Numbered from the stretch's first letter, positions 37,067-47,227 are shown. The stretch is DNA of 64,000 nt from Rathayibacter sp. VKM Ac-2760 (GCF_009834185.1 NZ_CP047173.1:1391725-1455724), one strand, 5' to 3'. Notes: generated by a model from the letters alone, not told the origin. A program made the numbers and translations.

Positions 37067-37546
37067 TCACATGTCCGGCCGGCCGAGTTCCTTCCGCAAC
37101 TGCAGAGCCGTCGGCTCGTAGCCGAGCGACTCGTACAGCCCGCGGGCCGCGGTGTTGAAGCCGAAGACGTTCAGCGCGAGCGCCCGGTAGCCGCGCGAGC
37201 GGGCGTGCTCCTCCGCCAGCAGCATCGCCGCGCGGCCGAACCCGCGGCCCCGCTCGGCCGGGTCGACCTCGACGTCCCAGACGTAGGCGACGCCCTCGAG
37301 GTCCTGCGGGTGCGGGCCGACCCAGAGCACCCCGACCGGGCGTCCGTCGTCGAGGATCCGCAGCAGGTCGTGGCCCGGCGCGAGGTCGCCGCCCGGGAAG
37401 AGCCGCTCGTCGTTCGCGTCCGCGTTCCGCACCGCGGCGGCCTCGTCGTCGCCCGCTCGGATCCGATCAGCGACGTACGTCCTGCGTTGGACGGACCTCC
37501 ACGCCGTCAGTTCGTCGGGTGGGAGCGGCGCGAGGGAGACGGACAT
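37067..37546 (-). CDS. GNAT family N-acetyltransferase
   Basis: GNAT motif A (RGRGFGRAAMLLAEEHARSRG). Confidence 0.75.
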   Translation of the reverse strand: MSVSLAPLPPDELTAWRSVQRRTYVADRIRAGDDEAAAVRNADANDERLFPGGDLAPGHDLLRILDDGRPVGVLWVGPHPQDLEGVAYVWDVEVDPAERGRGFGRAAMLLAEEHARSRGYRALALNVFGFNTAARGLYESLGYEPTALQLRKELGRPDM

Positions 37547-37569
37547 GCCCCACGGTCCCACACCGCCGG

Positions 37570-37638
37570 CACGACGTCAGCTGAGGCACCGGCTCAACGC
37601 CGATGGTGGATGACGAGCGGTCTCAGCTGACGTCGTGC
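37570..37638. repeat. palindromic intergenic repeat, family 2 (copy D)
   Basis: GCACGACGTCAGCTGAGG ... TCTCAGCTGACGTCGTGC. Confidence 0.8.
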
Positions 37639-37661
37639 GCCGCCGAGGCGCCGGAGTCCGC

Positions 37662-39038
37662 TCAGGAGCGGTCCGCGTCCGAGCTCTCGGCCGCCGCGGT
37701 CTGCTCCGCGTGCTTCTTCTTGCCGAGGCGGGTCGCCAGGAAGAGCAGCGTGCCGACCACGACGTAGCCGGCGGTGCCCAGCCAGACCACGCCGGTCTGC
37801 TGGGTCAGCAGCACGGCGCTCGTGATGATCGCCAGCACCGGCACGACGCGCGGCACCGAGAAGTGCGGGTGGTCGACGCGGTCCTTCTTCAGCACCAGCA
37901 CCGAGACGTTCGCCGAGATGAAGACCAGGAGCAGCAGCAGCACGGTCGTCTCGGCGAGGGTTCCGACGTCGCCGACCAGGCTCAGCGCGGCGGTCGCGCC
38001 GCCGACCACGACGATCGACACCCACGGCGTGCGGCGGTTCGGCAGCACCCGGCCGAATGCGCTCGGCATCAGCCCCGACTTCGCCAGCCCGAAGCCGACC
38101 CGGCTCGCCATCACCATGAACAGCAGCGCGCCGTTCGCGATCGCGATCAGCGCGATCAGGCCGAACAGCCACGGCGGCACCGCCACTCCGCTCGCCGCGA
38201 CCACGTCGAGCAGCGGGCCCGTCGACTCCGCGAGCTCCTCGTTCGGCAGCACGATCACCGCGCCGAGGGCGATCAGCAGGTAGACGACGGCGGCGGTGAT
38301 CAGTGCGCCGAAGAGCGCCCGCGGGTAGACCTTCGACGGGTTCCGCACCTCCTCCGCCATGTTGGCCGCCGCCTCGAAGCCGAGGAAGGAGAAGAAGGCG
38401 ACGATGGACGCGGCGAACGCGCCCTGCAGCGGAGCGACGTCGGGCGCGAACTCGAAGATCCGGCCCGGGTCGCCGTTGCCGCCACCGAAGAAGATCGCTG
38501 CGCAGACGATCACGATCACCAGTCCGCTCACCTCGATCACCGACGCGACCAGGTTCGCGGTGAGCGACTCCTTCACTCCGCGCAGGTTGATCAGCGTGAG
38601 GACCGCGATGAAGACGACGGCCGTCGGTGCGGCCGGCACGTCGAGCAGCGCGCCGAGGTAGTCGCCGGCGAAGGCGTTGGCGAGCGAGGCCGCGGTCGTG
38701 ATCCCGGACGCCATCATCAGGAAGCCGACGAGGAACGACAGGTACGGCTTGCCGAACGCCCGGTCGGCGTAGCGGGCGGCGCCGCCGGCGTGCGGGTACT
38801 TGGTGATCAGCTCGGCGTAGGTGCCGGCCGTCAGCAGGGCGATGACGAGCGCGATGAGCAGCGGCAGCCAGATCACGCCGCCGACGTCGGTGGCCATCGT
38901 CCCGACCAGCGTGTAGATGCCGGCGCCAAGCGTGTCGCCGACGATGAAGGCGAAGAGGAGCGGGCCGGTGATGACCTTCTTCAGCGATCCTCCGCCCTTC
39001 GCGGGGGCGGCGGACTCGGCGTTCGTGGTGTCGGTCAT
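37662..39038 (-). CDS. APC family amino acid permease
   Basis: 12-TM permease-like hydrophobic profile, APC motifs. Confidence 0.85.
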   Translation of the reverse strand: MTDTTNAESAAPAKGGGSLKKVITGPLLFAFIVGDTLGAGIYTLVGTMATDVGGVIWLPLLIALVIALLTAGTYAELITKYPHAGGAARYADRAFGKPYLSFLVGFLMMASGITTAASLANAFAGDYLGALLDVPAAPTAVVFIAVLTLINLRGVKESLTANLVASVIEVSGLVIVIVCAAIFFGGGNGDPGRIFEFAPDVAPLQGAFAASIVAFFSFLGFEAAANMAEEVRNPSKVYPRALFGALITAAVVYLLIALGAVIVLPNEELAESTGPLLDVVAASGVAVPPWLFGLIALIAIANGALLFMVMASRVGFGLAKSGLMPSAFGRVLPNRRTPWVSIVVVGGATAALSLVGDVGTLAETTVLLLLLVFISANVSVLVLKKDRVDHPHFSVPRVVPVLAIITSAVLLTQQTGVVWLGTAGYVVVGTLLFLATRLGKKKHAEQTAAAESSDADRS

Positions 39039-39242
39039 CCGGCGATTCCAACGAGAACCGGCCCGGGGCGCAACCCCCGCCGCGAGATCGCTTCGGAATT
39101 TCTCACGATCGAAACACGCGAGGCGAGCGGCCGGGCCCAGGGCCGGGCGGAGGAGGCGGAGCGCCACCGACCCGCCCGTCCGCCCCGCCCCCGCCCCGGT
39201 GCGCCACCATGGGCGCACGCCCCGCGACGGATCGAGGACCCC

Positions 39243-40565
39243 GTGCACGACATCACCCCGCGCCCCGGCCTGCCCGAGCGCCTCGCGCGGCTGATCCGCC
39301 TGCGCACGGTGTCCGCCGAACTCGAGACCGTCGACGAGCCGCTCGCGCTGCTGCGCGAGCTCTACCCGCTGACGCACGAGCGCCTCGAGCTCGAGCGCAT
39401 CACCGACCGCGGACTCCTCTACCGCTGGCCGGGCCGCGACTCCGGGGCGGATCCGCTGGTCCTGATGGCGCACCTCGACGTGGTGCCGGTCGAGGACCCC
39501 GCCGCCTGGACGCACCCGCCGTTCGGCGGCGAGATCGTCGGCGGCGCGGTCTGGGGCCGCGGCGCGCTCGACGACAAGGGACCGCTCGTCGTCGTGCTCG
39601 AGGCCGTGGAGAACCTGCTGGCCGCCGGCGTCGTCCCCGCCCGCGACGTCCTGCTCGCCTTCGGCGGCGACGAGGAGGTGCGCGGATCCGCAGCGTGCGC
39701 CGTCGCCGCCACCCTGCGCGAGCGCGGGGTCGTGCCGTGGCTGGTGCTCGACGAGGGCAGCGCCGTCGTCGAGGCGCCGCTGCCCGGCGTCGTCGGCCCG
39801 GTCGCGATGATCGGCGTCGGCGAGAAGGGCCTGCTCACGCTGCGCCTGACCGCGCGCTCGGCCGGCGGCCACGCCTCCGCTCCGCCGCGCCTCACCGCCG
39901 TCGGCCGCCTGGCGCGCGGTCACCCGGCTCACCCCGTCGACCTTCCCCGCCTGGGTCCCGAGGCGCTCGCCCGCGCGCTGACGCTCCTCGCCGAGCGCGC
40001 GCCCGGGCGTCGCGGCACTCTCTACCGGCTGCTCGGGTCGCGCCCGCAGGTCGCCGCGCCCCTGCTCGCCGCGCTCGGCGGCGAGACCGCCGCGCTGGTG
40101 CGCACCACGATCGCCCCGACGATGCTGCGCGCCGGCACCGCCGACAACGTGCTCGCGGCGGAGGCGTCGGTCGTGCTGAACCTGCGCCTCGCGCCCGGCG
40201 AGACGGTGTCGAGCGCCACCGAGCGCGTCCGCCGCCGCGTCCGCGACCGCGAGCTGACCGTCGAGGTCGTCGCGGGGGAGGACCCGTCGCCGCAGTCGCC
40301 GAGCGACGGCGCTCCGTTCGCCGCCGTGCGGGCGGCGCTCGCCGTGTCGCACCCGGACGCCGCGGTCGTGCCCTACGTGATCAACGCGGCCACCGACTCC
40401 CGGCACCTGCACCGCTTCGCGCCCGCCGTCTACCGCTTCGCGCCGCTGCTGATGTCGAAGGAGCAGCGCGCCGGCATCCACGGGGTCGACGAGCGCGTCG
40501 ACGTCGCGGCGCTCGAGCGCGGCGAGGTCTTCCACCGCGCCCTGATCACGGGGCTCGGAGCCTGA
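39243..40565 (+). CDS. M20/M25/M40 family metallopeptidase
   Basis: HLDVVP, GALDDKG, GGDEE metal-binding motifs. Confidence 0.8.
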   Translation: MHDITPRPGLPERLARLIRLRTVSAELETVDEPLALLRELYPLTHERLELERITDRGLLYRWPGRDSGADPLVLMAHLDVVPVEDPAAWTHPPFGGEIVGGAVWGRGALDDKGPLVVVLEAVENLLAAGVVPARDVLLAFGGDEEVRGSAACAVAATLRERGVVPWLVLDEGSAVVEAPLPGVVGPVAMIGVGEKGLLTLRLTARSAGGHASAPPRLTAVGRLARGHPAHPVDLPRLGPEALARALTLLAERAPGRRGTLYRLLGSRPQVAAPLLAALGGETAALVRTTIAPTMLRAGTADNVLAAEASVVLNLRLAPGETVSSATERVRRRVRDRELTVEVVAGEDPSPQSPSDGAPFAAVRAALAVSHPDAAVVPYVINAATDSRHLHRFAPAVYRFAPLLMSKEQRAGIHGVDERVDVAALERGEVFHRALITGLGA

Positions 40566-40608
40566 CCCGCCGAAGGCCCCGCAGGCGCCGGGTGTAGGTT
40601 CGTCCGTC

Positions 40609-42045
40609 GTGGAGACGGTGCCGATGCAGACCCAGGATCGCGTGCGGACCCAGGACGGCCCGCACGTCCGGGACCGCGTGCTCGCCGACCTGCGCGCGCT
40701 GCTCGGCGACCGCGTGCTCACCGACCACGACGTCCTCGAGGCGTACCGCCACGACGACGCCGAGTGGGCGCCCTCCGGGCTGCCGCTCGCGGTCGTCGTC
40801 GCCGAGAGCGCGGAGGACGTGGCGCACGCCGTCCGCGTCGCCGCCCGCGAGGGCCTCAGCGTCGTCCCGCGCGGTGCCGGCACCGGCCTGTCCGGCGGCG
40901 CCAACGCCCTCACCGGCTGCCTCGTCGTCTCGCTCGAGCGGATGACCGCCGTCCTCGAGATCGACGCCGACGAGCGCTTCGTCGTCGCCCAGCCCGGCGT
41001 GATCAACGACGCACTGCGGGCGGCCGTCGCCGAGGTCGGGCTCTGGTACCCGCCGGACCCGGCCAGCTCCGCCATCTCGACGATCGGCGGCAACGCCGCG
41101 ACCAACGCCGGCGGCATCTGCTGCGTCAAGTACGGCGTCACCCGCGATTACGTGCTCGGGATGAAGGTCGTCCTCGCCGACGGCTCGCTGGTGAACCTCG
41201 GCCGCCGCACCGCGAAGGGCGTCGTCGGCTACGACCTCACCGGCCTGATGGTCGGCTCCGAGGGCACCCTCGGCATCATCGTCGAGCTCACCCTCCGCCT
41301 GCTCCCGCTCGCCGGCCGCGAGCAGCGCGCCGTCGTCGGCTCCTTCGCCTCGCTCGAGGCCGCCGGAGTCGCGGTCGCCGCGATCTCGGCCGCCGGCATC
41401 ATCCCGTCCGCGCTCGAGATCATCGACAGCACCTGCCTGCGCGCCGTCGACGACTGGCAGCACCTCGGCCTGCCGCACGGCGTCGACACGCTGCTGCTGG
41501 CGAAGGTCGACGAGCCGGGCGAGGCGGGCCGCGCCGCCGCGGACCGTGTCGAGGCGCTGATGGCCGGCGCCCGCGCCCTCTCCGTCGAGCAGGCCACCGA
41601 CCAGGACGAGGTCGACCGGCTCTTCCTCGCCCGCCGCCTCGCCTACCCGGCGCTCGAGCGCCTCGGCCCGGTGCTGACCGAGGACGTCTGCGTGCCGCGC
41701 GGCGCGGTCCCAGAGATGCTCGCCCGCATCCGCTCCGCCGCAGAGGACCACGACGTGGTGATCGCGACCATCGCGCACGCCGGCGACGGCAACCTGCACC
41801 CGTTGATCATCGCGCCCGAGGGCGACGACGCCGCGAAGGACCGCGCGAAGAGCGCCTTCGACCGCATCGTCGCCGACTGCCTGGCGCTCGGCGGCACCGT
41901 CACCGGCGAGCACGGCGTGGGCCTGCTCAAGCTGCCTGGCGCGGCCGACGAGCTCGGGCCGCGCGTGCTCGCAATGCACCGCTCGATCAAGGACGCGCTC
42001 GACCCGCTCGGCGTGCTCAACCCGGGCAAGGCGTTCCCTGGCTGA
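40609..42045 (+). CDS. FAD-linked oxidase (GlcD / D-lactate dehydrogenase-like)
   Basis: FAD-binding PCMH domain (VVPRGAGTGLSGGA) and C-terminal oxidase domain. Confidence 0.85.
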   Translation: METVPMQTQDRVRTQDGPHVRDRVLADLRALLGDRVLTDHDVLEAYRHDDAEWAPSGLPLAVVVAESAEDVAHAVRVAAREGLSVVPRGAGTGLSGGANALTGCLVVSLERMTAVLEIDADERFVVAQPGVINDALRAAVAEVGLWYPPDPASSAISTIGGNAATNAGGICCVKYGVTRDYVLGMKVVLADGSLVNLGRRTAKGVVGYDLTGLMVGSEGTLGIIVELTLRLLPLAGREQRAVVGSFASLEAAGVAVAAISAAGIIPSALEIIDSTCLRAVDDWQHLGLPHGVDTLLLAKVDEPGEAGRAAADRVEALMAGARALSVEQATDQDEVDRLFLARRLAYPALERLGPVLTEDVCVPRGAVPEMLARIRSAAEDHDVVIATIAHAGDGNLHPLIIAPEGDDAAKDRAKSAFDRIVADCLALGGTVTGEHGVGLLKLPGAADELGPRVLAMHRSIKDALDPLGVLNPGKAFPG

Positions 42046-42058
42046 CGCGCCGCCCGCC

Positions 42059-42871
42059 TCAGCGCGCCAGGAACTCCAGCAGGGCCTCGGTGAACACCTT
42101 CGGCTGCTCGATGTTCGCCGCGTGCCCGTCCTTCTCGATCACGAGCGAGTCGCCGTGCGGAGCGAGTGCTGCCGCCGCCGCCGCGTGCTCGGCCGGCCAG
42201 AACTCGCTCTCGCGCCCGGCGACGAAGAGCACCGGCACGCCCGTCCGCGCGATCACCGGCCGCCAGTCCGCCGCCGCGTGGTCGTTCAGGAGCCGCCGCT
42301 CGGTCTCGGTCAGCTCGCGCCGCTCGCCACCGCCGAGCGCCTTCAGCAGCCGAGCGATGCGCACCGGCCCCTTCGACGCGACGCTCCACCGGCCCGGATC
42401 GGGGATCGTCGTCGCGAAGAGGGTGTCGCGATTCGCCTCGGTGTAGTCGTAGAAGCCGTAGGGCCAGTCCTCGCCGTTCAGCATCCGCGGCGTCTGGTCG
42501 ACGATCACGATGCGCTCGACCCGGCTCGCCGCCTCCACGCCCGCCCCCGCGAGGAACGCCCAGATCGAGTTGCCGCCCATCGAGCCGCCGACCAGCGCGG
42601 CACCGCGCAGATCCAGGTGCTCGAGCAGCTGCGCGAGATCCGCCCCGTGCCGCAGCATCGTCGCGCCGGCCTCCGTCCGCTCGGACAGCCCGTGCCCGCG
42701 CCGGTCGAACGAGACCACCCGGTAGCCCGCCTCGGCGAGCGGCCCCTGCTGCGGCTTCCAGCTCGTCGCCGGCGCCTTGAACCCCGCGATCAGCACCACC
42801 GGGCGCCCCGCGGGGTCGCCCTGCTCGGTCCAGCTCAGCCGGACCCCGTCGTCCGTGGTGAAGTCCGGCAT
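42059..42871 (-). CDS. alpha/beta hydrolase
   Basis: nucleophile elbow GGSMGG, HG oxyanion motif. Confidence 0.8.
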   Translation of the reverse strand: MPDFTTDDGVRLSWTEQGDPAGRPVVLIAGFKAPATSWKPQQGPLAEAGYRVVSFDRRGHGLSERTEAGATMLRHGADLAQLLEHLDLRGAALVGGSMGGNSIWAFLAGAGVEAASRVERIVIVDQTPRMLNGEDWPYGFYDYTEANRDTLFATTIPDPGRWSVASKGPVRIARLLKALGGGERRELTETERRLLNDHAAADWRPVIARTGVPVLFVAGRESEFWPAEHAAAAAALAPHGDSLVIEKDGHAANIEQPKVFTEALLEFLAR

Positions 42872-42972
42872 CGTCGCCCCTCGTCGCAGTCGTCGCGGTC
42901 GGCTCCGGCCGCTCCCCGCCACGCTAGTGCGACGGGAGGCGCGAGTCGCTGCAGAGGAGGGGGCTGTGGCGA

Positions 42973-43368
42973 TCAGGCTTCCTCGAGCACGCTCCGCACC
43001 GCGTCGTTGGCCTCGCGCCACTCGTCCGGGTCGGCCTCCTCCCAGAGCTCCGTGAGCTCGCTCCCGGGCGAGTCGGAGGCGGCCAGCGCGGCGAGGGCGA
43101 GCGCCACGAGCTCGTCGTCGGGTCGCCCGGCCCGCTGCACGAAGTGCGCGATCGTGTCGGCGTGCGGACCGCCCTCGCGGCCGAGCCCGCGCGCGACCAC
43201 CTCGGCGGCCGCGATCGCGCAGGTCGCCGCATCGGCGTCCACCCCTCTCGGCGCGACGGCGGTCTCCAGCGCCTCGCGGACGTACTGCCAGTCGCCGGCC
43301 TCGTCGAGCTCGTAGACCCAGTCGCTCGCCGTGTCGTTGCCGAACGGCTCTCCACTCCATGCACCCAT
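42973..43368 (-). CDS. hypothetical acidic protein
   Basis: 131-aa ORF, no confident domain. Confidence 0.4.
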   Translation of the reverse strand: MGAWSGEPFGNDTASDWVYELDEAGDWQYVREALETAVAPRGVDADAATCAIAAAEVVARGLGREGGPHADTIAHFVQRAGRPDDELVALALAALAASDSPGSELTELWEEADPDEWREANDAVRSVLEEA

Positions 43369-43494
43369 GGCCCGACGCTACGCCGACCCGCGCGCGGCCG
43401 CACCGCCGATGCACCGATCGATCCGTCGGAGAAGCACGTGCCGGAGCACGCGGGAGATCCGTCCGTGACGGATCGATCCGAGCGGAGGAGCGCC

Positions 43495-43935
43495 TCAGGC
43501 CAAGCGCTCGCTGAGTGCGACGATGACGCCCTCCGGTCCGCGGACGTACGCCATGCGCCAGGCCCCCTCGTACTCGTCGACACCGCCGACCAGTCCGTAC
43601 CCGTCGGCCGCGAGCCGCTCGAGGACGGCGGCGAGGTCGTCGACGACGAAGGCGAGGCTCCGAAGCCCCGGCTCGTCCGCATCGACGGGGGCGGGGACGG
43701 GCCGCGGCGCCGGCCGGACGAACCGTGAGAGCTCGACGGCGGTCCCGCCGCCGGGCGGACGCAGCATCACGATGTCGGTGCGGGCGTCCTGCATGCCGAC
43801 CACCGTGTCGAGGAACTCGCCCTCCACGGGCGCCCGTCCCTCGAGCACGAGACCCAGCCCGACGAAGAACGCGGTCGCCGCCTCGAGGTCGTGGACCGTC
43901 ACTCCGATGTGGTCGAACCCGGTGATCCCGGCCAT
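43495..43935 (-). CDS. VOC (glyoxalase/bleomycin-resistance) family protein
   Basis: FDHIGVTVHDLEAATAFF N-terminal VOC motif. Confidence 0.75.
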   Translation of the reverse strand: MAGITGFDHIGVTVHDLEAATAFFVGLGLVLEGRAPVEGEFLDTVVGMQDARTDIVMLRPPGGGTAVELSRFVRPAPRPVPAPVDADEPGLRSLAFVVDDLAAVLERLAADGYGLVGGVDEYEGAWRMAYVRGPEGVIVALSERLA

Positions 43936-44172
43936 GCGCGTCTCCTCGTGTCGGCCCCAGTCAGGCAGGACCGCGCTGCCGCGTCAAGGCGCACTCCCAC
44001 CCCGTCTCCGCGGGGTGCAGCCGCCCGGCCGGGCCGGCCGAGCCGCTCCGTCGAGCCGCTCCGCCGAGTTCCTGCACCGTTCACCCACGGGAGCCCGCCG
44101 TGCGTACCGCGGCGCGCGAGCACTGGGTAGGCTGTACTGCTTCGTCGTGAGTGGAGCGGTCGCGGAGGAACG

Positions 44173-46014
44173 ATGGGCAAGAAGCGCAATCAGGGACGAT
44201 CCGGAGGCGGGCGCTCCGGCGGATCGGGCGGTCAGGGCGGCGGCCGCACGGCCGAGACCGCGCTGATGGTGCGGTTCCGCAGCTGGTACCGCTCCCACCT
44301 GGCCGACGTCGCCGTGATGCACGAGCACCTCGACGTCGACGAGGCCGTCGAGGTCCTCACCGATCTCTTCGCCATGACCCGCGACCTCCGCCCGCGCGGC
44401 TCGTTCGCCCAGCCCGACGCAGAGCTGCTCGAGGCCGTCTTCGACCAGATCGAGGCCGACCTCTCCGGTGAGGAGAGCGAGGCCGACCTCGACGACACCC
44501 TCTTCACCGTCGCCGAGGTGGTCGAGCACTTCCTCGACTTCCTCACCGACGAGGACCTCTGGACCGGCACCGACGAGGAGCTCGACGAGTGCCAGGCCGT
44601 GCTCGACGAGGTCCTCGACCTCGCCGGCTCCTTCGTCGAGGCCGTCCTCGACGACCTGCTCGAGGTCGACGAGGTCCCGGACGCCGAGATGCTCACCGCC
44701 GCCCGCGCCACCGCGCTCGTGCACGCCGCCGACGTCGTGGTCGAGCACCTCGCCGCGACCGCCGACGCGACGATCACTGAGCGCGCCGCCCGCGAGATCG
44801 TGGTCGAGGCGGGCATCTCCTCCGCCGGCTCGACCCCGAGCGACGACGCCGTCCGCATCCCCGTCTCGGCCTGGTGGGACGCGCTGGTCGCCTCCGACGT
44901 GCTCGAGACCGACGGCTCGACCGCGGGCCTCGGCGACGCCGCCCGGCCCTGGCGCAGCTCCGACGCTCGCGAGGCGACGGTCGAGCGCATCGCCTACATC
45001 GCCCGCTTCGTCGAGCAGTGGCTCGCCAGCTCGCAGGAGGCGCTCGCCGCCGCCGACACCGAGAACGGCGCCTTCTCGCCGCGCGAGCGCGCGATCACGA
45101 CGACCGACGCCGTCCTGGTGCGGATGGCCGTCGCCTGCCAGGCGCAGATCCACGAGGGCCTCGTCGTCGGCGAGCTGGTCGACGAGCTCGCCGCCGACCT
45201 CGACGTCTCGCTCGAGGAGGCGCTCGACGAGCGCGAGCGGATGGTCGGCTCGGCCGAGCGGATGCTCGACGACGCCGCCGAGCTCGGCCTGCTGCTGCAC
45301 TCGCCCGAGTTCGGCTACGTGCTGCCCGAGGGCCTGCAGCCCGTCCTCGCCTCGGTGGTCCGAGCGAGCATCGTGCTGCTCGGCGCCCGCGACGCGACCC
45401 GCCTCGAGATCCTCGACGAGGCGACGGAGGACACCGACGCCTCCTACGCCCTGCACGTCTCGCTCCTCGGCACCAAGCCGGTCGTCTGGCGCCGGCTCGA
45501 GCTGTCCTCGGAGTCGTCGCTGCGCGATCTGCACCTCGCGCTGCAGCTCTCGCTCGGCTGGACCGACGCGCAGCCGCACTACTTCAGCGTCGGCGTGCCC
45601 GACGAGGAGCGCGCGCCGATCGGCTCGCCGGCCGATGCCGAGGAGCTCGGCGCCGACCTGGTCGACGAGGGCGGCGTCGCGCTCGCCGAAGTGCTCGAGA
45701 GCGTCGACGACGAGCTGTTCTACGTCTACGACCTCGAGGACGAGTGGCGCCACGTCATCCGCCTCGAGTCGGTCTCGCCGCTGCGGGCCGCGCTGCCGCG
45801 CTGCACGGGGGCCCGGGGCGCCGCTCCGCTCGACGCCCCCGGTGGTCCGGCCGCGTGGGCCGACACGGTCCGAGCCGCGACCGATCCGGCCTCGGCCGAT
45901 CACGCGGAGGCGCTGGACGCCCTCGGCCTCGCCGCCGGGGCGACCTTCGACCCGGCGAGCGTCGACGTCGACGGCATCAACCGATCGCTCGGCCTGCTGC
46001 GCGCGGCGGTCTGA
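44173..46014 (+). CDS. hypothetical protein with highly acidic N-terminal region and C-terminal pRiA4b-ORF3-like domain
   Basis: C-terminal YALHVSLLGTKPVVWRRLELSSESSLRDLHLALQLSLGWTDAQPHYF matches PRiA4_ORF3 pattern; N-terminus G/R-rich then D/E-rich. Confidence 0.6.
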   Translation: MGKKRNQGRSGGGRSGGSGGQGGGRTAETALMVRFRSWYRSHLADVAVMHEHLDVDEAVEVLTDLFAMTRDLRPRGSFAQPDAELLEAVFDQIEADLSGEESEADLDDTLFTVAEVVEHFLDFLTDEDLWTGTDEELDECQAVLDEVLDLAGSFVEAVLDDLLEVDEVPDAEMLTAARATALVHAADVVVEHLAATADATITERAAREIVVEAGISSAGSTPSDDAVRIPVSAWWDALVASDVLETDGSTAGLGDAARPWRSSDAREATVERIAYIARFVEQWLASSQEALAAADTENGAFSPRERAITTTDAVLVRMAVACQAQIHEGLVVGELVDELAADLDVSLEEALDERERMVGSAERMLDDAAELGLLLHSPEFGYVLPEGLQPVLASVVRASIVLLGARDATRLEILDEATEDTDASYALHVSLLGTKPVVWRRLELSSESSLRDLHLALQLSLGWTDAQPHYFSVGVPDEERAPIGSPADAEELGADLVDEGGVALAEVLESVDDELFYVYDLEDEWRHVIRLESVSPLRAALPRCTGARGAAPLDAPGGPAAWADTVRAATDPASADHAEALDALGLAAGATFDPASVDVDGINRSLGLLRAAV

Positions 46015-46024
46015 GCTCGTCGCC

Positions 46025-46094
46025 GACAGAACATCAGCCGGGAGCGGACCTCCTCCACCATCGTGGACGAGGTCGCTTCTCAGCTGATCTTGTG
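46025..46094. repeat. palindromic intergenic repeat, family 2 (copy E) between convergent genes
   Basis: GACAGAACATCAGCCGGGAG ... CTTCTCAGCTGATCTTGTG with internal CCACCATCGTGGACG core. Confidence 0.75.
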
Positions 46095-46120
46095 AAGCCG
46101 TCCGCCCCTGCCGGCCGTCC

Positions 46121-47095
46121 TCACGGCGTGAGCAGCAGCTTGCCGATGTGCCCGGAGGAGCGCATCCGCTCGTGCGCCCGCTCCGCCTCGGCCAGCGGGA
46201 TCACCTCGTCGACCACCGGCCGCACCGTCCCGCCCGCGACCAGCGGCCACACCTTCTCGCGCACCGCGGCGACGATCGCACGCCGCTCCTCCAGTGGGCG
46301 GGCGCGGAGTGTCGTCGCGTGCACCGACGCGCGCTTGCGCATCAGCGTCCCGATGTCGAGCGCGCCCTCCGCGCCGGACTGGTTGCCGATGAACACGACG
46401 CGACCGCCGAGCGCGAGCGCCTCGATGTCCCGGGCGAGGTAGTCGCCGCCGACCGGATCGAGGATCACGTCGACCCCGCCGTCGGTCTCGGCGGCGATGC
46501 GCTCCACGAAGTCCTGCTCGCGGTAGTCGATCAGGATGTCCGCGCCGAGCGCCCGGCAGGCGTCGAGCTTGCGCGGACTGCCGGCCGTGACGGCGACGCG
46601 CGCCCCGATCGCCGACGCGATCTGGATCCCCGTCGTGCCGATCCCGCTGCCGCCGCCGTGGATCAGCACCGTCTCGCCGGCGCGGAGCCCCGCCACCAGC
46701 ACCAGGTTCGACCAGACGGTCGCGGTCGTCTCGGGCAGCGCGGCCGCCGAGATCAGCCCGACACCGTCGGGGACGGGCAGCAGCAGGCCCGCGTCGACGA
46801 CGACGTGCTCGGCGTAGCCGCCGCCCGAGAGCAGCGCGCAGACCTCCTCGCCCTCCGCCACCGCGGTCACGCCCTCGCCGAGGCCGACGACCGTGCCCGA
46901 GACCTCCATGCCGAGGATCTCCGAGGCCCCGGCGGGCGGCGGATAGACGCCGGCGCGCTGCCCGAGGTCGGCCCGGTTGACGCCGGCGGCGGCCACGCGC
47001 AGCAGCACCTCGCCGGGGCCGGGAGACGGGGTCGGCACCTCCTCGAGCACGAGGCGGGAGTCGGGGCCGGGGTTCTCGACGCGGATCGCAAGCAT
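46121..47095 (-). CDS. NADPH:quinone oxidoreductase (zinc-binding dehydrogenase family)
   Basis: MDR fold, GGSGIGT Rossmann motif. Confidence 0.85.
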   Translation of the reverse strand: MLAIRVENPGPDSRLVLEEVPTPSPGPGEVLLRVAAAGVNRADLGQRAGVYPPPAGASEILGMEVSGTVVGLGEGVTAVAEGEEVCALLSGGGYAEHVVVDAGLLLPVPDGVGLISAAALPETTATVWSNLVLVAGLRAGETVLIHGGGSGIGTTGIQIASAIGARVAVTAGSPRKLDACRALGADILIDYREQDFVERIAAETDGGVDVILDPVGGDYLARDIEALALGGRVVFIGNQSGAEGALDIGTLMRKRASVHATTLRARPLEERRAIVAAVREKVWPLVAGGTVRPVVDEVIPLAEAERAHERMRSSGHIGKLLLTP

Positions 47096-47227
47096 GCCGC
47101 GATGCTACGCCGCGCGCGTCCGGCGGCCCTCCGTTCGATCTGCAGGCGGTCCGGGCCGTCGCGCGACCGGACGCACGGCGGAGGGCCCTTTCCCGGCGGG
47201 ATCGCCTGCAGATCGGACGGCGGCCGC

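Noticed and set aside
34111-37638. Integrated prophage or integron cassette
   Set aside because: No integrase, recombinase, phage structural genes or attC/attI features are present. Only short palindromic repeats flank the island, so it is reported as a repeat-bounded cargo island, not a prophage or integron.
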